The notes under the pieces are model-generated. The model saw nothing but the letters and a program-made list of their open reading frames with translations, was not told the origin of the DNA and made no database searches. A DNA stretch of 64,000 nt from Dicyema japonicum (lineage: Eukaryota; Animalia; Dicyemida), in contig RDEW01000025.1 of assembly GCA_011109175.1 (NCBI GenBank), positions 403,990 through 467,989 on the forward strand, given 5' to 3'. Below, in pieces: positions 22,966 through 36,243 of the stretch. How positions within the stretch are numbered: position 1 is the stretch's first letter; each line of letters begins with the position of its first letter. The translations under genes were made by a program, and so were the position numbers.

Positions 22966-25846
22966 TTTTTTTTTTTTTTTTTACCCCAAGATCACCGGAT
23001 TAGAAAAGTGAACTACTAACTAAGTGATCCCGGTTTTCCGGGTTCTGGCTCTCGTTCGGGTCCTCGAAGATCCAACAGAATTGGTAGAAACGGGGACGGT
23101 CTCATTCTCCATAGATTTCCCGCATTTTCTAGATAGTCAGATATAGAGAGTGAAAGCGGACAGCCGGTTTTTATTGCCCACTGTAGAAATGACTTCACTC
23201 TCCACCTTAGGTGTTCTTTAACATTCAATACGTTATCCACAGTTTTCTTATTTATTATTTTCAAGGCAGCAAGTTGTGCGGCTTCTAATTTTTGAGACGA
23301 CGATTCAGAAATCATCGAGCTCCAGGAGGGACATGCATATTCGATTACTGGCAGTATGTATTGTCTGTAAATTTTCTGTAGTAAGAAGGTGTTGTGCCCG
23401 ATTGGTGATCGGGACAAAATTTTCAATATGTTGGTCCTCCTCCTGACTTTGGTAATAACGTCATTGACATGTTGGCCGAATGTCAGGAGAGTATCCAACT
23501 TTAATCCTAGTATTGTTGGAGACTTATTCATAGGAATTTCATATCCAAACAATTTGATTTTGGGAGAGTATAATGATCTTCTATATGTAGAGAAAATTGT
23601 TATAAACGACTTTCCTGTAGAAACTTCCAGTCGATTTGATGTGAGCCAATGTTCCACATACTAATATAACTTTGAAGTTTTATCCCTGCCTTCTCATAGT
23701 TAGAGTCTCTCGTTGAAAGAACAATGTCATCTGCGTATGAGAGTATTAATGTATCGGGATCGTCGTTGGTGGGAAGGTCATTGGTGTACAGGTTGAAGAG
23801 CAGGGGAGAGAGAGGTGAACCTTGAGGGACACCATTCGGCAATAAACGGGATTTAGATTTTCTGTTGTCTGACATCACTTGTCCTCTTCTTCCACTTAAA
23901 AAGTTCGACAGCCATCTTTTAATGTTTGGATTTATAAGAGTGTTAGAAATTTTCTCTATAAGCAGCGTCCGGGAAACGGAGTCGAATGCTTTCTTCAAGT
24001 CTATTGAAGCCATTATGGTCCTTTTATGTGGTTTTGGATAAGAGAATCCATCAGAAATATATTGAGTTTGTTAGATTAGTCGTAGTAGAATGATTTTCAC
24101 GGAATCCATGCTGGAATACTCGATTTGGTACAATATTTTTGATTCGTGTTAATATTAATTTTTCTAAAATTCTGGATATGGCACATAGTATTGGAATTGG
24201 ACGATAAGAAGAGGGATCGTTTGCAGGTTTGTTTGGCTTCCGAATTGGCAGAATTATGGATTTCTTCCATATAGAAGGTATCATATTATTGTTCACAGAT
24301 AGAGTATAAACGTATGATAGGAATTCGGTTGCTTTTTCACCAAGGTGTTTCAGTTCCATCATCGAGACATTGTCAGCACCTCTGGAACGGGAGTTTTTGG
24401 CATCCATGATTGCGTTTCGAACTTCTTGCGGAGTAAAGACAATCAAATCATATGATGGATACAACTTATTCTTGTAGACTCTGTGTTCCCTCGAGAAATT
24501 TTTATGGCTGATTGCGACATAGTGCTTCATTAAAATATTTGGGTCGATGTTGCTACATTCCTGTCCGTGGAGGGCTTTCTCAGAGCCTTCATTGCAACGT
24601 CTCAAATATTTAATTTTCCTCCATATCAGCGTCTCGGATGTATTTGGCGATAGAGAATCAATAAGTGATGTCCATCGCTTCTTGATTCTAGACTGGGTAA
24701 CTTGTTTAATTTGTATATTCAAGGATTTCATTTTTTGGAAATCGTCATTTGATAATTCCTTTTGCTTCTTTAATTTATTTCTTTCTCTGATAAGTGTTTT
24801 TGTGTGCATATTATAATAGGTACTCCTTGTTTGATGGCATTGGAATAAATAGTTTTCTTGCTTTGAGTATAATGTCCGTGAAAGTTTTGATCATGTGGTC
24901 AATTGATGAGAATTCCAATGTGTAGAATACTTCCATATTGGTGTCGATGTAATTAGAGAAGTTGGACCAATCTGCGCTTTCAAAATTTAAAAAAGTGGAA
25001 TTCTGTCTGATAAATTTGTTTTAAGTATTATTTTCATCATAATAGGGTTGTGATCACTTCTTACTTCATATTTTACAGTCCAGTTGACGAGGGGAAACAT
25101 TGATGGGGAACATAAGGAGAAGTCAGGGGATGTAGATTTGTCTCCTTTTTGAGTAGGTGTTCTTGTATTGTTTATGGTGTTATTCAATATACAAAATTGT
25201 CCCAAGTTTCTGGCCAGTAGGTTTTCTCTACTGTCTGGTTTCTGGCCTTCATACCATAATTGATGTTAGGCATTGATGTCACCGCATAGTATTACGTTTT
25301 TAAGGTTTGAGAAAATCTGTAGGTTAGGGTAATACCCACTTGGACAGGATGTAGTAGGGGGAATATATACATTGACAATATTTATAGTTTTCCTAGGAAT
25401 TCTAACATTTATGCCAATTAGTTCCAAAGGGTCATCTTCTGGATAGAGTTTTCTGATTTTGTTTAAAACATTTTCATATTGAATTCCATTTCTTGTTAGT
25501 GTCATTAGTCCTCCACCAAGCTTAATCTTTCTGTCTTTACGGATAATGGAGTATCCGGGAAAAGTTGGGGTTTGTATGTTTGGTTGTAGTTTTGTCTTTT
25601 GGACTAGAGCAATGTCAACTTCATTACTATTAAGTAAGTGGCGGACTTCTAGCACCTTGTTTCGTATTCCGTTAATATTGATCTGGACCAGGTTGATTTC
25701 AGGGCCTGGGTTGGATTCGACGTCACCACACAAAATTAGAGCGTATCTGGAAAATCATCCTTCTTCATAGATAGAGATAGGGAAAGTGTAGTTCTTTTCA
25801 ACATCATGTGATGCACAACAACACCATACAGGTGAACCACGCGGCA
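22966..25846 (-). mobile_element. Near full-length Ingi/Vingi-like non-LTR retrotransposon (2A - APE - RT, no RNase H, poly(A) tail), frameshifted
   Basis: Five overlapping minus ORFs give CGDVESNPGP, QININGI...VYIPP...CGDINA, WKKS...YRPI, DLKKAFDSV, GVPQGSPLSPLLFNLY and YADD. There is a T-run at 22966-22982. The APE Glu is replaced (QKTK). The clade call rests on architecture. Confidence 0.8.
25701..25724 (-). other. 2A-like StopGo ribosome-skipping motif DVESNPGP
   Basis: It exactly matches D(V/I)ExNPGP and is in frame with, and immediately upstream of, the APE domain. Confidence 0.85.
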
Positions 25847-25938
25847 TTTTTTTATTGATTTTGATAATCAAATACGGGACTTACCCGTCAAAAAAAATTT
25901 TCACAGAAAAACAAGAAAACATCTTTATTTAAAATTAA

Positions 25939-26349
25939 CTAAGGAAGTCGATTATAATTTTTGAACTGAATGAACTCATCCCCTCTTATGGGGTATGCAT
26001 AGTGTGAATGGGGCGAAGAAAAATAATCGTACCCAATCCTTAGAGTCGTCCGAAGAGACTGCCCTTCAATACACTCACATTGGCATTCCGTGACAGATAT
26101 ACGGGCAGCTTGGGGATCCTGATCAGGAGTCTTCAAGTTTGAAATCATTTTATGTATTCCCTGTTGATCCAGTGGAACATGTTCAGAAGGGTAGCGTAGA
26201 GTCGAGTATGTCGTATTATCTGGAAAGAGGCATGAATGACAATGCCTGTCGGAAAATACAGCCAGGGCACGTTTTGTCATTCCGTCACAGTACTTGTTGA
26301 AGCCACGCGAACAGACCGTGCACTGGTTCATCCATTTCATTTTGTTCAT
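25939..26349 (-). CDS. 136-aa ORF with partial PHD-like Cys cluster; TE ORF1 or host gene unresolved
   Basis: It is an uninterrupted ATG-to-TAG ORF containing CTVC-x7-C-x14-HCHSC, with AT-rich flanks on both sides. Confidence 0.35.
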   Translation of the reverse strand: MNKMKWMNQCTVCSRGFNKYCDGMTKRALAVFSDRHCHSCLFPDNTTYSTLRYPSEHVPLDQQGIHKMISNLKTPDQDPQAARISVTECQCECIEGQSLRTTLRIGYDYFSSPHSHYAYPIRGDEFIQFKNYNRLP

Positions 26350-26949
26350 TATGTTGCATTTTTTATTAAACGTAAGGTTAACGTTATTAATATTTTGTTG
26401 TGATGAAAACGTTTGTTTCTACTAATCAGAGTCGGACATTACCAACCTTGAATAAACCGGATAGACAAAACAATGAGAGACAGACAAAGAAATCCGAGGA
26501 CTGTTTGGAGTGCAAGAAAACCTCGAAAGATAGCGAATAAAGTCTATTTGGTTAAAAAGAATTCTCCATTGACACCAAAAAATGTTATAGTCCTTTTGAA
26601 AAGGAAACAATGCTTAAAAAACAAACTACATCGATGTTTGATCCGCATGACCGTAGGCTCACGGAGCTATAAATTATGATGATCACGCAAAAAATGCCGA
26701 CTAGATAAAGTTATGAATAATTTTTGGATAGCTCAGTGCAGCGAATCATATAGAAAAAACCCAAACTTTTGGAAAGTCTATAAGTAACCGGACGTATATC
26801 CAGAAAAGAAATTCCACTGTTGCAATATCATGATGTGTCTCCTGTATCTTTAGAAAAAAATTGCTAACCTGTTAAGGGATGAACTCTCGAAAATACAACA
26901 GGTCAACCCTGATGAGCGACTGTCTCGTTTAGCCATCAGTTCTCTAAAA

Positions 26950-27560
26950 AAAAGCTGGAAAAGTAAATAGTTCTTTACCTCTACGTCACAGCCCTATAAA
27001 TTCTGGAGAAGTTGATGATGTGGTAAAATAAAGACAATGTTAGTGGAAAGTACAAGATCGCTATTCGTTTATTCAAGGAAGCACCCAAGGTACTCTATGA
27101 ATATCTGTAATGTCTCTATAGGTGGACTATCAGGTTGGGTCATATACCTTCACATTGGAAATTGACGGAAGTCAGGATGATACTTAAATCTGGGAATCCT
27201 GAGTATTTAACAAACAGTTATAAGCCCATAAGCCTATATAACGATCTCAAAAATTATGGAAAAAATTGTATCAAGAACTTTCTGAAAATATAGATCGTAA
27301 AGAAGGCATTTTTAATGTCAATTGAATGTCAAAATATGCTAAAAAAGCATCTGTGGGGTTTTCGAAAAAATCGGTCTTGTGGAGATTTTTTGTACAGTGA
27401 TAACGCCATTGTGAAGGCTTTGGAAAATAAAGGATGTTTGACTGCAGTCTGCCTTGATATATTTAATGTTTTAGACAGTGTGTGGCATCTTGGTTTTCTT
27501 ATTTGTCTTGCGAAATGTGGTGTTGAAAAGTGAATTGATAAGTGGAAGCAGGAGTATGGC
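26950..27560 (+). mobile_element. Jockey-like RT fragment
   Basis: Frames give GHIPSHWKLTEVRMILKSGNPEYLTNSYKPISL and TAVCLDIFNVLDSVWH. It is homologous to 58476-58865. Confidence 0.75.
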
Positions 27561-28099
27561 TAACCTAAAGAGCTTGTTACAAGACAAACCTCGGAAGAAG
27601 ACTATGATATACCTTGGCCTCCTAATTGGCGAGAGAAGTAATTTATGGAACATGCTAAAATAAGAAAGAAAAAAAGCTACGAACTCTCTTTACTACGTTT
27701 GAAAATTAAAGCTCCGTTCGGAAACGTTTGTATATGTCTTCAACACTGCAATACTTCCTGCAATGTTATACGGTTAAAAAGGATAGTACGATTAGAAAAC
27801 GAGAGACTCTATTTTCAAGAAATTTGAGAAAACGCGAAATTTTGCTCTAAAGCTTGATTAAAGAATAAGTACGCGTATACCAATTCCCCTATGGTTAAAA
27901 GGAAAAATGTGGAAGGTTGACGGAACAATCGAAAATCTTATTCGAGGTTTCAAAAATCGCACAAATTATTGCTGACAATTTTTTAGTATATAAAGATATT
28001 TAATAATAAATCGTTATAAAATATCTATTATTATAGACATTAAATAATAATTAAATAAAAAAAATTATGTTGAGAATTTAAATAAATAAATCATATTTT

Positions 28100-30570
28100 T
28101 TGTTGTCGACGTGGTTGTTACGAAAAATACAGACACAAAAATGAAGACTAATGAAGAAGGAAGGAAAACACCTATCCATGTGAAAAGTGCAACGTAACTA
28201 ATATGAGAAAAAGGATGATCGCTTCTGCAGCCTGTTCAAGATGGTATCACAGGTCTTGCGTACGAGTGTCCAAGAAGGCTCTTATCAATATGACAAAAAT
28301 GGAACTGCCAACCATGCCTTTCATCTGGTACTGCTTGCACTGAACCATTTGACCCTACTCTCGTAGCAGATCCTGATGTAGCTCTGAAACTGATCTCTCG
28401 AACGCGCTCGGACGTGCCCATTCCGGTGAAGATTCCCAAAGGTGCGAGAACTGCCGTTGCCGAGGCTCTGATCTCCACCATCAAGGATGTTTGAAGCCTG
28501 ACGACGTTTCTTCGGAGTGGGTTCAAACTTTTCCTATTCCCGTCACTCACTCTTGGGATCAGAAGACCAACGGAAGCATCCACTTCTCTCGCAACGAATA
28601 TCAAAAGAAAGTTAGACTGTTTCTAAATGAACATAAAATGTCACTTACTGCTTTAAAATCAACTCAAATTGCACCCCGGAGTTCAAAGCGTCCGAAAACG
28701 GAAGAACTTCGCTTAATAAAGAAACTAATCAGGATGAAACTTATGGAAGGCGATATTCGTGGTGCTGTACGGCTATTAGTTTGTGATCCTGGGACACTTA
28801 AAAACATCCATGAAACGCTCCTGTCTTTACGAGAAAAACACCCCGGATCCCCCGAAGACTTGAGAACTATAAAACCTTTCCACGAGGAACAATTGCTCGC
28901 CTCTAACGAAGATATAATCACCTCCCTGCGTTCATTTCGTTTTAGTAGTGGAGGTGGTATCGATGGCTTGAGACCCGGTCACCTACGTGATCTCACGAAT
29001 TAATGTGAATTAATCAAGATCAATTTGAGTCTCGATCTGACTACTTTCTACAATGACCAGTTTAAATACACTCTCGAAAATTATGCATCGGTTCCAGTTT
29101 GGGAGTCTCTGTTCCTTGGTTCTCCTAATTGTGGACGTGTTTAAATAATAATAATAAAGCCTTTTCACGAGAGCATAGTATTTTATAGCTCCGCATAGGC
29201 AGGACACACACTTTATTTAAGTAAAGAACAGTTAATTTTAACTAATCGTAGAACCAAGGAATGATCTTCACTTCTTTTTTTTTCTTTTTCTTGTGTGAGT
29301 GTCCTTTCTAGACAATCCAGTTCCGCAGTGAGTATTCACTGATGACGGCGTCACTCGTCAAACCCGTGTTTAAAGAAAGGACAATAGAGCTCGGTACTTT
29401 TGAGACCCGTTTGCGGCATGTTGACAACCATATTGCCCTCTTCCTATTGAGAAACTGCTTGTCCATTCCAAGATTAAACTATTTACTAAGGACTGCACCA
29501 TGTTATAAGTGTGATTCCCTTTTAATGGAATACTCTGATTGCCTCAAAAGATGTACTGAATTCTAACTTAACGTTTCCCTTGACACCCCTGGATGGATAC
29601 AGACTCAATTACCGATATCATTGGGTGGAATCGGTCTTACTACTCCCTGCCAAATTGCTGGCCCGGTGTATTTTGCCTCAAAACTTTCATGCAAAAACCA
29701 AGTGGACTCAATTCTTTCAAAGCTTCCATCTCGGAAAACTGTCCAATGATTTGGTTGAATACATGGACGTGTGGCGGAGCGAAGGGCTTAGCGAGCCGCG
29801 TAATCCAGACCAACAATCGTCTTGGATGATCCATAGATGGAATGCTCTGGCATCCACCTAGTCAGCCGGCTCTCTGGACATCGCCTGGACTGTTTCCAAA
29901 ATTCGAGGGAGGCGGTTGATGGATCTTGGCTTGGGGTTTACCCATGTCAAGAAGTTGGTGGATTGTTGGATGATGACTCCCTTCGTACAGCTGTATGTCA
30001 ACACCTCGGATTGCCTGTTTGCAACAAATCGAAGTGCAAATGTGGCTGTCTATCGGACGAACTGGGTCTCCACCTCCTCTCATGCCGGAGCGGAATTGGC
30101 AGAGCTTCTCGACATTCGGCAATGAACGGCATCATTAAGAGGGCATTAGAATCGGCTGATTCCGTTGCCGGATTCGAACCGACTGGTTCTATTTGACAAC
30201 GGAAGACGCCCTGACGGCATGACCTCCTTTCCTTTCGAGCGAGGGCGAAACCTTGTATGGGATGTGACTGTGTCTGCTCTTTCGCCCCAAGCAAAAAATA
30301 ATTCACCGGGCAGACCTTCTTCTCAAGCAGAGGAAATGAAAAATGCTAAGTATTCGGATATCAGCGACAGGTACATTTTCGCACCTGTCGCGATTGAAAC
30401 TTCGGGGAACATTGGCCCTAAAACGCTGAAGTTCCTGAATCATCTTGGAAAACTACTATCCGACAAAACTGGTGATCTTCGTGAGACGAGATGGCTCAAG
30501 GAGAGGCTCTCGTTGGCTGTTGTCCGTGGGAATAGCTTATGCATCTCCCAACAGCTTAATAATTAAAATT
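28100..30570 (+). mobile_element. CRE-clade retrotransposon, long copy with RT core deleted and a SINE inserted
   Basis: It has an N-terminal PHD-like Cys/His cluster, KLMEGDIRGAVRLL and SGGGIDGLRPGHL. The C-terminus has CKC-x8-HLLSC and RPDG...WDVTV...PVAIETSG...LSLAVVRGN. Confidence 0.85.
29143..29365 (-). mobile_element. 5'-truncated SINE inside the CRE element
   Basis: It is near-identical to the reverse complement of 12915-13125 and to 41660-41866. Confidence 0.9.
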
Positions 30571-30657
30571 AAAATTAACTATTCTTTTTCCTTATAATAA
30601 AATTTTAAGTAAAAAAATAAATAAATATAAATTTTGACCTAATAAATTTGAGATTAC

Positions 30658-31883
30658 ATGAACAGAACTATTCACTTTATCATATTTATTCTGTTAAGCA
30701 AAATCCTCAAAATAAAATGCGATATGAAATATATATTAATTGATTCATATGTAATTTTTAAGAATCCTTCTAAAGTATTTATTTTGTTACCTTTAGGAAT
30801 ATGAATTATCAATGTTTAATAGAGATCTACATATAGGTGAATGGGAAACTTATCGAACGTATTTTTTTTCTATCTGATATAAAATTTAAACTTATTCCAA
30901 AATTTTACAGTGAGTTTTATACTATTGACATTTTAACAGAAATTGATTATGGTACGCTTTTTGTTATAGTAAGGTGGTAAACGTTATACAAATATCACAG
31001 AGATTCCTAAAACTAGATATGGAGATTACTATCGATGTGGTTATACTCATATTAGTTTTTTCTAATAATTTATCTATCACAATTTATTCAAACAAGTTGC
31101 AATATCACGATGATCGTAGTTTGTACTATTTTACTGGAAAAGGTTTTTATTAAAATTTATTTAGCTAATGACTGTAACCCAAATAATGACCCAAATACGC
31201 GATTTGGTTTTTATTTAACCAAAAGAGAATCAGAGCAGTAATAAGTGGAAACATCAAAATATCATATATTGACAATAACAAAATTGTACACGTGGCATTG
31301 ATTCTTAGATAACAGATGAGCATTTCATGATTATGAATATAATATGATAACAAGTAAAGCTATTGACTATAAATATATTGACTATAACTATGTATTGATA
31401 GTCAACATACTACTATAACTATTACGGCGTTTAAACAATCTGAGAATAAATATCGTATTTATAAATTTTCTGTTTGTGTTGGGTATAGAAGAACTAAATG
31501 TGTTTTACTTGAAAAACGATTTAAAAAAATTAATATGGGAGGATATTATCAATGTGGATTCATCTCACAAAGTTATAAAAATGTGACTATCGAAATTTCA
31601 TCTCTTAAATTACAATTTTTCCGCGATGATTCAAATTTTGAATTTATTGGAGATGGTAATAAATCTGACTGAATTTTAGATCAAGGATGCTTAGAAGAAC
31701 CAATATCGCATAAAGTAAAAGTCGCAAAAAAACTGACGAAACATCAAATAACTAGAATCGTGTGGAGTTGTCGGACTAGTGTTGTCATTGGTACTATTTA
31801 TAATACTTACTGGCGTCATTGCTAATATTTATATCAAAATGAAATCCCGTAAAGAATCACTCTTCACCAAGCCATTCCTTTAG
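30658..31883 (+). CDS. LAMP-like type I membrane glycoprotein, copy 1 (frame-disrupted)
   Basis: It has the signal peptide MNRTIHFIIFILLSKILKIKC and tiny GT-AG introns. Two internal repeats follow the pattern G-x-Y-x-x-C...KLQ...F-x-G...C, then a TM segment and a short basic tail. Several 1-2 nt indels are needed to keep the frame. The LAMP assignment is by pattern only. Confidence 0.5.
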
Positions 31884-31989
31884 TTAAGCTAATTATGATT
31901 CTTTTTTGGTTAAATTGGGTTAATGGTTTATATTTCTTAAAATATTCACTTGGCAATTTTCATGATGCCAGCTGAGATCAGAGTGCTTG

Positions 31990-33220
31990 AATGGCAAGGC
32001 TGTTAACTCTTTCAATATCAATTAAGATACGTTCTCTGCTTGGTGACAGGCTTGTGACAGTTTGTCTATCGAGGATTCCTAATTGTTCTCACCTGAAATA
32101 ATCAACCACCTAGAGGCGTATTATTTGCTTCCGTTTATTTTAATATGGGTGACTGGTTTATGTGGAAAAAAACATTAATGGATTCAATTCACTCCCAGTA
32201 TTCTTGGTTTTCTCTAAATGGTATATTATCTCCATAAAGGTTTATTTCTATCGTATCCTTTGTCTAGGTTGATTAAAATCGCTTCGAAGTCAGTCAAGCT
32301 TACAGATCAGCTATGTGTGACTAAAGTTCTTATTGCAATATCAACGTATCTGTTTCGAGTTACAATAATTAAATCGTCAGCATATGTTAGAAACTTTGAA
32401 TCAGGCCGTTCAGCGCGGGGTAGGTCGATTAAGAATAAATTAAAAAGTGCCGGAGAAAGAGGCCATCCTGGAGGGAGACCATTCGAGTGAGGCTGCATAC
32501 CTATATCTAAACTTCCCCTTGGAGTTCTTTAACAAATATTAAATCTTTTTACTTGAAATCATTATTAAAAATACTACAAGAATTCCTTCACAAAATTCAA
32601 ATTTGGCTAAATTATAACGGGGTTGATATATCTACTGAAAATTTCTTCTCCTTATTTACCTCAGACAAACGACTTGGACAAATGACAGTGGATATATTTA
32701 TCAACCAAAATCTGAAAATTTTGGGGATAATTTTCGACACAAATATGTCCATTCATCTCACGTCGACGATGTCTCTGGAATCACTCAAGAAAGCTATGGC
32801 TAATCAAAACTATAATCGGTTGCATTAAAACCCTTTTCCCAGCTTTGAAACTGTTGTACAAATAATTCATTGAGCCATCTATCAGCTATGCCTGTACGTC
32901 ATGGGGAATCAATCTGTCTTGGACGAACAAACAAATAATCCGGGACATTCATTCTTTAAAAGCTACTCTATTAGTAATCTCGAAAAACTAATACTCTCAT
33001 CACTTGAAGACCTTATCCGACAAAATGAAAAGGGATTTGCTACTCTGTGCAGGCAGTGCAACTCACAACAATACACAGCCACGACGTGTCTTATGAGAAG
33101 GGTATACATCACCCCTCTCCAATTCCTATTCCCGAAACCACTCCGCCCACATAGAAGTTGTGTTGGATAATAGAAGTTGCGTTGGACGCACCAAGAGAAA
33201 ATTGATGCCTTCGAGATCAC
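31990..33220. mobile_element. Two oppositely oriented Ingi/Vingi-like RT fragments
   Basis: The minus fragment gives GLPPGWPLSPALFNLFLIDLP...YADD. The plus fragment gives KILGIIFD. Both are homologous to 23016-24013. Confidence 0.7.
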
Positions 33221-33318
33221 TTAATTAGTTCAGTAATTAAATTAACTATTGGTGTTCTTGGGTTAATAATAATATAAATTTAAATTGTTAATAATTTTGG
33301 CGGTCCATATTAGTTCTT

Positions 33319-34444
33319 ATGGAGACATTTAATGGAGTCGTTAAAAAACTGGTAAAATTGTACATCATTAGGCATATGATCAATGTTGATATCATCAAAT
33401 TTACGACAATTCTGTTTACAATCGGATTTTCAGAGTAATCAAAGGTGATTTCGATGAGAACAGCAAATCAGTGGAAGATTATCTAATAAATGAAATCTTC
33501 AATGATTACGAGGAGGACATTTACTACCTCAAACACATAATCGAAGAAAACAACCACGAAATGGTATAATATTCATTTAAACTCAGATACTGGCTATTTT
33601 GGTGTCTCTCGTGCCATTCACTGAGAGAGACTCGGTTCTATGGTCTTTTGAGGAGGCCACTAAGAAACTAAACGCAAATGAGCATGAAATTTTGGTCAAA
33701 TCTCTTCCTCGTTTGTATGACTCGCAGCGTTGTTATAAACCACGCTTGAGTTATATTTATGACTTTGTCAGAGGTGAGACACCCTGTAAGACCTTATAAC
33801 TGACTTTAGGGGTGAACAACAGTTTCTGTGAAGAGTTGAGAATCGGGGGTCAAAGTATGGCAAAGTTTGTCTCGGACACTGCTACAACGATGAAAAAAGT
33901 TCAATTTGAATTTTAAATTGAAGCGGGAAAATTGTCCAAAATATTGCTTCTTGTGGAAGAATCCAAGATTGATGTTAAAATTTTTGAAAATTCCCTAAAG
34001 TCTATTAAAAGTGAGATTTCGTCCTCTGATTGTCATAATGAGATGATGAGAAAGGAATGCGACTACTGCAGGCTCACTTTGGAATCGGGAATCAGACTTG
34101 ACAACGAGAGGACAGAAGAGATCGAAGTATTAAAGAAAAAGAAGTCCCAAATGGAGGAGTTGATAAGAAAATACTCAAATTCTGTTAACAGGACCGAAGA
34201 GAATATACGTAAACACGAGGAAAATTGTGAGATTTTGGACAGAAAAATAGTTCAGATCAGTCATACTGGAGAAAATGTTAACTTTCCTATTACTAAGGCA
34301 ACCACCTGGACTAAATTGCCTCCTACGTTGGCTAAATCGATGTCATGGACCTCAAATTTGTTGAGTTTTGATGAACTGCTTCCAAAGACTGAACGAAAGA
34401 AGGGATTACTTAAAAAGATGTTTAATTTTAAATCTAAGAAATAA
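33319..34444 (+). CDS. Unidentified coiled-coil protein gene with tiny introns (possibly disrupted)
   Basis: Introns at 33352-33371, 33564-33586 and 33786-33809 join the frames. There is an in-frame TGA at 33387-33389, and a phase mismatch at the 25-nt intron 33899-33923 next to an A6 run. The 170-aa last exon is coiled-coil-like. Confidence 0.5.
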
Positions 34445-35869
34445 ATTTGTTTAATTTGATTAGTTAACCCAGAATGTTTCGAGAGGGAAGGTTTAGTTCT
34501 CATGATCATATGAGTCAAGGCCTTTCAAGTATTGAAGTCATCATGAAACCCATAGACCATCATGAAACCGGGTAAAAGTAGATAACGCCGAGTTCTAGCA
34601 TTTGTGGGAATCTTCTATGGAATGAACCAGTAGAATGGGACAGGGGTGATGATTTTTTAAAGCCATCCTCCCACTGGTCTCTCTTAAGACAAGTGGTTAG
34701 CATTACGGAAGACGTTGACATGGAAATGTCATCGTAATTAATTATGTGTCTCATTTTGGTTGAAAGATCTAAGTTAGGATATCAAGTTTCAAACCACAAA
34801 AGAATCATTTAACAAAAAAATCAGATACTCATGTTTATGAGGCTTTTCTGAAAGTAAGGAATAATTCATGATTTATGCACGTGGTAGCTAACTTGATGAT
34901 TGGAAACATGATTTTCATTCAAGACTATCGGCGGCGAAAAAACACTTCACGTCTTTTATTACCAATTCGGATATGACATTTAACTGTGATGAATCCGTGT
35001 TGTTTTAAACGGACACCTCGTATTCATGATCTTTGTAAGACAGTCACACTTCTTTACTGTTGTTGACCTGGGAGATAGGGTGAAACCATTATCGAATATA
35101 CAAATCTTCTTGATGTATGAAAAGTTCACAAGTAAGTTTGAATCTAAACAAGTGATTTATTTGGGTGAATCACTTGGAAAAATATTTTGTAAACTATCGT
35201 TGGAAGTAAATAGAGGAAATATATTACAGATAACTTAAAATCACGTGGGTGACGTTATTCTATCCTCACCTTTGGGGCGCTACTAGATGTGGATACCCCA
35301 AACCGGAGTCAAACTGTATACTCTATGAAGTGTTTAGTAAGTTGGCTGCCCGACCTCACTGACATGTAGGAGACCGGTTAACACCAAGCGAAATGTTCGA
35401 TGTAGGTCACCTCCTATTATTGTATGCTATTTATGTGTAAAAGATGACAATTTTAGAAATTATCCCAAAAGGAGTAAAGTTGAATACCTCTCCACAACGC
35501 CAGTTTACCCGGCCAACTGTCATTTCCATAAAGGCTGCGTGGGAATGGAATATAGGAAAAGGTCAAATACATAAGCCCAAAGTCATGTCAGAGATTGTCA
35601 AACGGTGTGAATGCACACTTATAGTTCCGTGCCACAAGACAATTTCTAGTGTGCCCCAGCCAAATACAAATTTGAATATATGGTTCCTAGCAAACTAAAT
35701 AGATTTTTACTTCTAAGCATCCGGACTATTCCAAAAAAATCTGTGGATTATTTTATGCATCTGAAAAAAACAAAACAAGTATCATTTAGTTTTTACTATT
35801 TATTTTAGATCGAGTCAAATTTTGTTTGTGATACTTTTGTGAGCTCAGCGGAATAATTGAAATTTCCTT

Positions 35870-36210
35870 GTCTGACATCTGAATTGATAAAAAGATACTG
35901 AAACCTCATACCATTGGCGAAAACTTGATAATCCTTTTTTTGTGTCACAGTCAGAACACTTATCTGTTAAAGAAAATGAAGAATTTGTTAACTATTTAAC
36001 GATCCATCCTTAAAATTAATGATGGTGTTAAATATTGGAGAATTCATATTTTCGAAACATATATCCCAGATTATCTACACAAGCACTGACGATTATTTTA
36101 AATTTTCAACAACATATTTTTGTGAAACAGTTTTTCTGCATCTTATGAAATATAATATACTAGAAAATTTGAAAAATATTGATGCTGAAATTCGAGTTAT
36201 AAAAAAATAA
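35870..36210 (+). mobile_element. hAT Buster/Charlie transposase fragment
   Basis: It contains LKPHTIGENLII and is an inverted homolog of 1820-1990. Confidence 0.65.
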
Positions 36211-36243
36211 AAAATCGTTATATAAAAAAGTTAATTTTGGCGT

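Noticed and set aside
31990-33220. Twin-priming inversion of a single LINE
   Set aside because: The two opposite fragments cover overlapping parts of the RT C-terminal region, so they are separate insertions.
33387-33389. Possible stop-codon reassignment (in-frame TGA here and before the 2A motif; in-frame TAA in LAMP-like copy 2)
   Set aside because: The three intact genes contain no internal stops, use TGG for Trp (seen in DDX20) and CAA/CAG for Gln, and end at TGA or TAA. The in-frame stops occur only in sequences that also carry frameshifts.
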